From a virus (Duplodnaviria; Caudoviricetes): DNA of 55,432 nt. Positions 46,439 to 53,559 of this stretch are shown here, in pieces; position 1 is the stretch's first letter; every line of letters starts with the position of its first letter. The position numbers and the translations under genes were made by a program. The stretch lies in IMG/VR virus record IMGVR_UViG_3300047378_000870, positions 1-55,432 of that record; one strand, written 5' to 3'. Below the pieces are notes generated by a model that saw only the letters and a list, made by a program, of their open reading frames with translations, did not search any database and was not told where the DNA came from.

Positions 46439-47099
46439 AACCGATTACCATATATCGATCATACTTCTTTTGACCATCCCACGAGTAATAAGTTTGCTCA
46501 ACTTTACCTTCATAAAATGTTTCATCTAAACCGATCTGCTCTTTCAGATCTTCAACTGAATTTACACAGTTGATGCCATACATCTCTTCAATCACATTAC
46601 TATTTTGACAAGCAAACAATGCCATCGGATTGTTAGTTTCTAACCCAGCAAGCGGATACATTTGCTCAGTGTTGATAGCGATTACAACGTCAGCATCTAT
46701 TTTATTTAATTCCTCAAATGCAAATGGGATGTCAAGACAATGATGCTTCATCTTGATAAACTTTTCTTGTGAATAGTATTTGTGAAAAAGTTTAGAGAGA
46801 TCTAGTGACTCTTTATCAAGATCGACTAAATGTAATTCTCCAATATCTAAGTTCTCAGATAATAGAGGAACGAGTGGAATGCCGAGCCATGAATTCAATA
46901 TCAAGACTTTTAGTTTTTCTTGACGAGCGCAATTGTCTACGTGATTGATAAGTTCTTCTACTAGCCAAGTGGCAGCTTCTACATGATTTTTATCAAAACA
47001 CTGCCGCAGATCGGCGAGTTTGTGGGTTGCTTTACTCTCAATAAAATGTAGAGCCTCGCCCCAGAATTTGTAATTATTTAAAAAATTAGATTTTAACAT
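46431..47099 (-). CDS. Methyltransferase-like protein, paralog of 3756..4373 with degenerate motif I
   Basis: LILNSWLG, VDLD, INTEQM, ACQNSN, INCVNS, RYMVIG. Confidence 0.55.
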   Translation of the reverse strand: MLKSNFLNNYKFWGEALHFIESKATHKLADLRQCFDKNHVEAATWLVEELINHVDNCARQEKLKVLILNSWLGIPLVPLLSENLDIGELHLVDLDKESLDLSKLFHKYYSQEKFIKMKHHCLDIPFAFEELNKIDADVVIAINTEQMYPLAGLETNNPMALFACQNSNVIEEMYGINCVNSVEDLKEQIGLDETFYEGKVEQTYYSWDGQKKYDRYMVIGSK

Positions 47100-47760
47100 C
47101 TTCACTTTTACCCATAGAGTCAAATAAACATACATACGGAAGCTGGCGATATACGTGCTTCTCAGTGTCTTGTGGATAGATATAGCCTTGATTGAAACTA
47201 TAAACCCACCCCAGAGGAAATATCTTCATCGGGATCACGTGCTTATCACATAAGAAGTTATCAATACCTCGATAGTGCCACATAATCTGCTTCTTATATT
47301 TAGTAAAGTATTCCCAGAGCTCTGCTCCGTCAAAGTTATCATTCCAACGTAAGACACTAGAATTGATATCGCTAAACTTATGTGGAACGTGTTTTGTTTC
47401 CTCGCGCATGCGCTCTAGGTCATGCCACCAAGTTTTCACAATACCCAAACATATTCCTGGATCGAAATCCTCGAATGCAGTAATATCGTGTTGAATCAAG
47501 ATATCAAGGTCAAAGAAAAGTTTTTCTCCTGTCTGTTCAACAAGAGGCGAGAACAAATACATTTTGTTCCACCATTTTTCTAAATCGTTGTTTTCAGGTA
47601 TGAGTATGGGCTCAACGAAGTCAACTAATCCATCGGGGTCGTCAGTGATGCAATACATCTTACGATCTGCTTCTGGAAAGTCAGCTGCAATGTCATATGC
47701 AATCTTATTGACATAATCAGAGCTATACTTATCGCCCCATTTTACTGTGTAAATATTCAT
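47086..47760 (-). CDS. GT-A glycosyltransferase (KWGxKY family)
   Basis: TVKWGDKYS.DYVN, CITDD, WWNK, FFDLD, NSSVL.W. Confidence 0.75.
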   Translation of the reverse strand: MNIYTVKWGDKYSSDYVNKIAYDIAADFPEADRKMYCITDDPDGLVDFVEPILIPENNDLEKWWNKMYLFSPLVEQTGEKLFFDLDILIQHDITAFEDFDPGICLGIVKTWWHDLERMREETKHVPHKFSDINSSVLRWNDNFDGAELWEYFTKYKKQIMWHYRGIDNFLCDKHVIPMKIFPLGWVYSFNQGYIYPQDTEKHVYRQLPYVCLFDSMGKSEDVKI

Positions 47761-48338
47761 AGATACAACCAATCTAATCCAAACTGTTTTACTTTAATGT
47801 AACCCAAATCAAACAGTATTTCTTCTCCATTACCTCGTTCTAGGGCAACGGCGGGGTGATGTTTCTTGAGAGTATGTAACATGCCATTCAATGCATGTGG
47901 TTCATGACCTTCTATATCTAGGTGAATCAGGTCTGGTTCTAACCCATAGTCATCTAGTCGAACCTGTTTAATGTCACCGTCATTAATTACACGAGTTGCT
48001 CCCGAGTTGATAGGATCTATCTTCAAACCTATCGTTCTTTCTCTCTCACCTAAAGCAGCCTCAAACATAGATACATTATCTTCTGTGATGTTGGTTTGTA
48101 GGCATAAGTAATTGTTCGGCTCTGGTTCGAAGGTGATTACATGTTGTGCATATTTTGCATATTGTGCTGTGTATAATCCACAGTTACCACCTGCTTGAAC
48201 AACTGTAAACACTCTACCAATCTCATTAAGTATATCTTCGGGTATAGTTGGGTGATCAATCGTTAAGTGTTTCCAGCAATGATAATCAGCTGTTGGCCAG
48301 AGCCATTCTCTGCCCCCAAATACTCTTATCTCATTCAT
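47757..48338 (-). CDS. FkbM-family methyltransferase
   Basis: VQAGGNCG, TFEP, AALG, LDD, IHLDIEGHE. Confidence 0.85.
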   Translation of the reverse strand: MNEIRVFGGREWLWPTADYHCWKHLTIDHPTIPEDILNEIGRVFTVVQAGGNCGLYTAQYAKYAQHVITFEPEPNNYLCLQTNITEDNVSMFEAALGERERTIGLKIDPINSGATRVINDGDIKQVRLDDYGLEPDLIHLDIEGHEPHALNGMLHTLKKHHPAVALERGNGEEILFDLGYIKVKQFGLDWLYL

Positions 48339-49135
48339 CGCCAATGCTCTAATAATTTTGGGTCAGCAAGTTCATCTTGTTTAGTTTTTCCGCGAGAGCC
48401 ATCCTCGAACGGTAGGAGGTCAACATTGAACACACAAAGGATACAGTTCTCACGATATATACCCACGTTCAAATCATCTTCTTCCCATGAGCGACCACGA
48501 TTGTAGGAATACGCCATCCAGCTTGGGAAGTAATCCCACAACTCACGCCACCTCCAACTATGATAATTGTCAGTGCCATCTGTATATGTAAACCAAATCT
48601 TATCCTGATACTTTAATACATCTTCCCAGATAGGTTCGCACTGGTCATCGCTCCACACTTGACAACTGCCGTTTGTAAATGCTCCATGCGAAACTTTAAA
48701 ACGCCTTGTGTTCATAGGGCGAGGATCTTGCCACCAAGAGCGCATCTTGGTAGGTTGTTCCATATTATATGTTATGATGGGAGTTAGATCGTTCTGAATT
48801 ATAACATCAAGATCTAGGAATACGAACCGACCAGTAGGTTTATCGTCGGCAAAATTATGGGTGTTAAAAACGAAAGTTTTTGGGCGATCCCAACAACGAG
48901 CCATTCCGTATTTAAAATCATCCAACCCAAACCAATACTTAGGATGGATGTTCGGAATATCTGGAAAAGGGATAACCTTAATATCAGATTGAATACCATC
49001 ACTATCGTCAGTGTAACAATAGAAGTGGAAATCAAAATGGTCAGGGCAGTTTCGCCTAGCCATATTGCATAATCGATTGACAAAGTGTGGTCCATACTTT
49101 GTGCCCCATTTAGCACATACGAAATTTACACGCAT
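48335..49135 (-). CDS. GT-A glycosyltransferase (KWGxKY family)
   Basis: CAKWGTKYG..FVN.L, CYTDD, FLDLDV, NGS. Confidence 0.75.
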   Translation of the reverse strand: MRVNFVCAKWGTKYGPHFVNRLCNMARRNCPDHFDFHFYCYTDDSDGIQSDIKVIPFPDIPNIHPKYWFGLDDFKYGMARCWDRPKTFVFNTHNFADDKPTGRFVFLDLDVIIQNDLTPIITYNMEQPTKMRSWWQDPRPMNTRRFKVSHGAFTNGSCQVWSDDQCEPIWEDVLKYQDKIWFTYTDGTDNYHSWRWRELWDYFPSWMAYSYNRGRSWEEDDLNVGIYRENCILCVFNVDLLPFEDGSRGKTKQDELADPKLLEHWR

Positions 49136-50514
49136 CTTCCACACTTCTCTTTACAAATTTTCATATGGTCTTTTTTGAGACGTTCATTATATGTTTCGAA
49201 GTCATCATTATACACTATGTCTTTCAATAAGAAAGACTTGGCGTTATTGTATTTAGGATTATATGAATAGTCTATCGGATGAAATGGATATAATCTATTT
49301 TCCAATACATCCCTAGCAATATATGAACAGGGAAAAACTTGACCCTTTGCATTTACATATATGCTATTATCGTTCCTTGCCTCACAGTCGATTATCCATT
49401 TTTCTTCTTTTTCAGTGTTACGATATTCGTAAGACTGTTCAAACTCTTTTACATTTTCTCTCGTCACATCTTTGCGTATGAAGTCAGGGATATGCAGGAT
49501 ATCTGTTGGCACAGTTAGGTTTTCCAAAAATGGCATAATAACTTCTGCACCCTGTTCAGCGAACCACTCTACAATCTTGTAATAATCTTTAGCTGTTTTT
49601 GGTTCACTCAATGTTCTGAGTAGGGTGACATATTCGAGTCTGTAATCCTTGAATATACGTTTGACATCTTCTAGAGTCAACTCATCCTCTTCAACAAAAA
49701 TATCATTGAAGGGATTGCCTGTGTCGTTGGATTTATTGGTTAATTCTAATACGACACGAGTCGGTAACTCTTTATACATGTCATACTTACCATACCAATG
49801 ATTGAGAAGGATGCTATCGTCCAATTCCTCGATTGATATGGTATCTTCACCGCCCTGCATATTTTGATTGAATAGGGCGAGTTTAGCATCATAGTTAGTT
49901 TCTTGATAGTTATAACTATAATAGTAACTATTTGGTAGGAAGTTCCAGAAGTCGCCACCAGCTGGACGCCTCCACTGGTGATAATTATCAGAACCCTTAT
50001 AAAATACTTTGAAGATATCAGGATTACTCACTACATCATCATATATTTTCTTCGGTTGGTCTGCCCACCAAAGCATACAACTTGAATTGAAATATGTTCC
50101 GCGAATATCTCGGAAACGTCTTTGTTTAAGTTGATCTTCTGGTTGCCAATGTGAGTATAATATGTGAGGATTGAATGCTAGATCGTAGAAGTCATCAATA
50201 CTATTCTGTATGATAATATCTAAATCAAAGTAACAAAATGGACCAGTGGTCGACAGCCACTCTTGTGCATTGAATAATAGAAACTTACTACGATCCCAGC
50301 AATAGTTTTCCTTGCCGAACCAATACTTCGGGTGAAGTGGCTCGACATCAGGTATTGGGTGAATCTCTACTTCTTCTCGTATGTTGTCTGGTTCGTCTGT
50401 GAAACAAACCATTCGGAATTGATTGACATAATTAGCATCAATCATTCCATACAAATTATTTACATAATCAGCAGAGTATTTGTCACCCCACTTTATTGTT
50501 AGAAAAGTGAGTAT
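49126..50514 (-). CDS. Glycosyltransferase (KWGxKY family) fused to a degenerate radical-SAM/SPASM module; probable ATA start
   Basis: The frame extends upstream of the ORF-track start to ILTFLTIKWGDKYSADYVNNL; YFDLD, NSS; C-terminal C..IYVNAKGQVFPC..C...C. Confidence 0.7.
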   Translation of the reverse strand: MLTFLTIKWGDKYSADYVNNLYGMIDANYVNQFRMVCFTDEPDNIREEVEIHPIPDVEPLHPKYWFGKENYCWDRSKFLLFNAQEWLSTTGPFCYFDLDIIIQNSIDDFYDLAFNPHILYSHWQPEDQLKQRRFRDIRGTYFNSSCMLWWADQPKKIYDDVVSNPDIFKVFYKGSDNYHQWRRPAGGDFWNFLPNSYYYSYNYQETNYDAKLALFNQNMQGGEDTISIEELDDSILLNHWYGKYDMYKELPTRVVLELTNKSNDTGNPFNDIFVEEDELTLEDVKRIFKDYRLEYVTLLRTLSEPKTAKDYYKIVEWFAEQGAEVIMPFLENLTVPTDILHIPDFIRKDVTRENVKEFEQSYEYRNTEKEEKWIIDCEARNDNSIYVNAKGQVFPCSYIARDVLENRLYPFHPIDYSYNPKYNNAKSFLLKDIVYNDDFETYNERLKKDHMKICKEKCGRCV

Positions 50515-51160
50515 AGTAATCGTCCCTTAGATTAAAGCTATGTCGGTCTTGACCGTTTAGTAAGCAGATATGTGGTTCTTCTCTATATTTTCTGCCGCGT
50601 GGACTTACGTCTGTTTTGTGATTGATGCCATAAATATATGAGTAAATTTTTCCTAATGGATAGACCTCAAATTTATTCTTATGTTCGTGGAAGAGATACT
50701 TGTCATCACACCCTGCATATTTTTTGATCCATTTGTATGGGTTTTTATTGAAGTGTTTAGCGATTTCAACACCGTGAAAACCTTTCCATGCCATCACGCT
50801 AGAGTTAAAGTCGCCGCCGCCATGTTCAGCTTCAAACCCTTCAGGTTTCCAGTGTGTTTTACATATAGTTCTGAATTCACTAAATAAATCATAAATATCG
50901 GGTTTCTGTATCACAACATCCAAGTCTAGATACAGTGACTGCCCCCAGTCTTGACCCAAGATATTTACTTTTTCAAATGTTCCGAGTTCAGGGTCTGCCC
51001 AACGCAAATTAATTTCGGGATACAACCCTTCATCACGAAGTTTTTGACCCTGATCAGTATGACAAACATACTGATACTGCATATCAGTAGCAGCAGCGAT
51101 GCGGTTTACATCGTCATATGTGTATTTGTCACCATAAAGTAGAGTGTGCACAGTCAACAT
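50483..51160 (-). CDS. GT-A glycosyltransferase (KWGxKY family, divergent)
   Basis: LLYGDKY..DDVN, CHTD, YLDLDVVI, FNSSVMAW, GCDDKYL, YSY. Confidence 0.72.
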   Translation of the reverse strand: MLTVHTLLYGDKYTYDDVNRIAAATDMQYQYVCHTDQGQKLRDEGLYPEINLRWADPELGTFEKVNILGQDWGQSLYLDLDVVIQKPDIYDLFSEFRTICKTHWKPEGFEAEHGGGDFNSSVMAWKGFHGVEIAKHFNKNPYKWIKKYAGCDDKYLFHEHKNKFEVYPLGKIYSYIYGINHKTDVSPRGRKYREEPHICLLNGQDRHSFNLRDDYYTHFSNNKVG

Positions 51161-51166
51161 ACTTTA

Positions 51167-51195
51167 TATATACCCTATTTTATGTGACATGTCAA
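51167..51195 (-). promoter_or_regulatory. sigma70-type promoter of the minus-strand GT operon
   Basis: TTGACA (51195-51190), 17 nt, TATATA (51172-51167); ATG 6 nt later. Confidence 0.6.
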
Positions 51196-51210
51196 GAGTT
51201 TTTTAGTTTT

Positions 51211-51218
51211 TATAAATA
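51211..51218 (+). promoter_or_regulatory. T4 late promoter
   Basis: TATAAATA upstream of SD GGAG and ATG 51240. Confidence 0.75.
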
Positions 51219-51239
51219 GTTGATAAATGGAGATATCGC

Positions 51240-51569
51240 ATGGCAACGCAAACAAATATAGTTATCGATCAGGGGACAACCTTTACACTGGATATTACGA
51301 TGACTAACTCTGACGGTTCTGCTAAAGATCTCGCAGATTACACTGTTACTGCTCAGATGCGTAAAAGTTATTATAGTTCCACAGCTACAGATTTTACAGT
51401 AGCTACTGATGATTCTGATGGGGAAATTACTTTATCGCTGACAGCGACGCAAACAGGTAATTTGAAGGCTGGACGCTATGTTTATGATTGTGAAGCAACA
51501 AGCTCAAGTGAAACCCTTAGAGTCATAGAGGGTATCGTAACTGTAACACCACAAGTGACTAAGGGTTAA
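51240..51569 (+). CDS. Small virion protein (adaptor-like beta domain)
   Basis: NIVIDQGTTF, AQMRKSY.S, LSLTA.QT..LKAGRYVYD.E, RVIEG.VTVTP.VT. Confidence 0.7.
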   Translation: MATQTNIVIDQGTTFTLDITMTNSDGSAKDLADYTVTAQMRKSYYSSTATDFTVATDDSDGEITLSLTATQTGNLKAGRYVYDCEATSSSETLRVIEGIVTVTPQVTKG

Positions 51570-51571
51570 AA

Positions 51572-51880
51572 ATGGCGATTAAGGTAAAATCAGGTGGAAG
51601 CAAAGGTAAAGCAATTGCTTCAGCAAGAACTCAAGCTATTACAACAGTATCGACTGCATCAGCTATTAAGATCGGCAATCTGGAAGATAATGTTGGTAAC
51701 ATCGATACAGGTTCAGGATTACAAACAGGACAAACGATTGTATATAACACCACTACTGGTAAATGGGTCGCCACATCATTCGATGCAGAGGTTGACGAGA
51801 GAGTCGACGAAGTTATCGATACCAAAGTGTCTGAGGCGATCGCTGGCAGTGACCTCGACTTCGATGGCGGAACGTATTAA
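51572..51880 (+). CDS. Small fibre-associated protein ending DGGTY
   Basis: GQTIVYNTTTGKW motif; C-terminal DGGTY. Confidence 0.6.
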   Translation: MAIKVKSGGSKGKAIASARTQAITTVSTASAIKIGNLEDNVGNIDTGSGLQTGQTIVYNTTTGKWVATSFDAEVDERVDEVIDTKVSEAIAGSDLDFDGGTY

Positions 51881-51909
51881 AAGAATAAGAACAAACTAGG
51901 AGAGAAAGA

Positions 51910-53325
51910 ATGTCAACCATTCAAATCAAAAGAGGATCTACTGCTGCCGCTCCGACAACTTCGGACTTGCTAGTGGGCGAACTCGCATATGCTATGGACA
52001 CATCGAATGACGGTGCTGGTTCAAAGCTCTATATCGAATCAACGAATAGCGGCGGAGCTGGTATTCACGCGATCGGTGGTAAATATTACACAGACCTTGT
52101 AGATGCTGCTACTAATGCTAATACAGCATCAGCTATCGTAAAACGTGATGGCTCGGGTAACTTTTCGGCAGGAACAATTACTGCTAACTTGACAGGCAAC
52201 GTAAGTGGTTCTTCGGGATCCACTACAGGTAATGCTGCTACTGCTACTGCACTTGAAACAGCTCGCACCATTCATGGTGTTTCGTTCGACGGTTCGGCTA
52301 ATATCGACTTGTCTGAGGTTATTCAAGACACAGTCGGTGCAATGTTTAGTGGTAACACCGAAACCAACGTAACAGTAACTTATCAAGATTCTGACGGCAC
52401 TATCGACCTCGCAGTAGATGGTGGTGGTGACATTACATCAGTTGTCGCTGGGACTGGTCTCACAGGTGGTGCAACAAGTGGCGACGCAACTGTAAATGTT
52501 GTTGGCGGCACAGGTATTACTGCGAATGCTAATGACATTGCTATCACAAACACAGCTGTTACAGCTGGTGATTATGGTTCTGCTACTGCTGTTCCAACTT
52601 TCACAGTAAATGCTCAAGGTCAATTGACAGCAGCTGGAACTGCCTCGATTTCTACATCATTCGACATTGCTGCTGACAGTGGCACTACGAATGCTGTTGC
52701 TGGTGGTGAAACGCTGACAATTAGCGGAACATCAAACGAAGTAACTACAGCTGTTTCAGGTAATACTGTAACTGTTGGACTGCCTGATGATGTAACAATC
52801 GCTGGTAACTTGACAGTCAACGGCACAACAACTACTGTTGATACAACAAACTTGGAAGTTAGTGACCCATTGTTTGCGCTTGCAACAGGTAACGATTCAG
52901 CTGACTCAGTTGATATTGGTTTCTATGGCTTGTATGATACTACTGGTTCGCAAGACCTTTATTCAGGTTTCTTCCGCGATGCTTCAGATAGTGGTAAATG
53001 GAAACTGTTTAAAGATTCGCAAGCAGTTCCAACGACTACTGTTAACACAGGTGCTACTGGTTATGCCGTCGGCACGTTGGTTGCAAATATCGAAGGTAAC
53101 GTAACTGGTAACGTAAGTGGTTCTTCAGGATCTACTACAGGTAATGCTGCTACTGCTACAGCACTCGCTACGGCAAGAACTATCAGCGGTGTATCGTTTG
53201 ATGGCACAGCAAATATTACTCTTGATACAGACGATATCGGCGAAGGTTCTTCTAACCTCTACTTCACGAACTCTCGTTTTGATACACGCCTTGCTTCCTC
53301 TACAATTGACGGTGGAACATACTAA
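51910..53325 (+). CDS. Tail fibre-like protein
   Basis: N-terminal IQIKRG..AP..SDL..GELAY; GNAATATAL.TARTI.GVSFDG.ANI repeats; YGSATAVPTFTVNAQGQLTAA; ends DGGTY. Confidence 0.75.
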   Translation: MSTIQIKRGSTAAAPTTSDLLVGELAYAMDTSNDGAGSKLYIESTNSGGAGIHAIGGKYYTDLVDAATNANTASAIVKRDGSGNFSAGTITANLTGNVSGSSGSTTGNAATATALETARTIHGVSFDGSANIDLSEVIQDTVGAMFSGNTETNVTVTYQDSDGTIDLAVDGGGDITSVVAGTGLTGGATSGDATVNVVGGTGITANANDIAITNTAVTAGDYGSATAVPTFTVNAQGQLTAAGTASISTSFDIAADSGTTNAVAGGETLTISGTSNEVTTAVSGNTVTVGLPDDVTIAGNLTVNGTTTTVDTTNLEVSDPLFALATGNDSADSVDIGFYGLYDTTGSQDLYSGFFRDASDSGKWKLFKDSQAVPTTTVNTGATGYAVGTLVANIEGNVTGNVSGSSGSTTGNAATATALATARTISGVSFDGTANITLDTDDIGEGSSNLYFTNSRFDTRLASSTIDGGTY

Positions 53326-53332
53326 TAAATAA

Positions 53333-53353
53333 GGGAGAGGTTATGCCTCTTTC
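53333..53353 (+). terminator. Possible hairpin terminator
   Basis: GGGAGAGG-TTATG-CCTCTTTC inverted repeat after the fibre gene; weak U-tract. Confidence 0.35.
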
Positions 53354-53361
53354 AATATAAT

Positions 53362-53559
53362 ATGGAGAAAATTATGAATGACGATATGATTAATGTTTAT
53401 ATCAATTTGATGAGCCAACAGCTAAATCAATTGAATAATGAAAACTTGATGTTGAAAGCTAAATTGTCTGTTACAGAACAAACGCTAAGTCAACTTCAAG
53501 CTGCCAAAGAGGAAGAACCAGTAGATAATGGCGAACGTAATAAAGCCAAAAAGAAGTAG
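53362..53559 (+). CDS. Small coiled-coil hypothetical protein
   Basis: YINLMSQQLNQLNNENLMLKAKL heptads; the start may be ATG 53374. Confidence 0.6.
   Translation: MEKIMNDDMINVYINLMSQQLNQLNNENLMLKAKLSVTEQTLSQLQAAKEEEPVDNGERNKAKKK

Noticed and set aside
52192-53223. DGR template/variable repeat pair
   Set aside because: Mismatches are mostly synonymous and not adenine-specific, both copies are in one ORF, and no reverse transcriptase is in the window.
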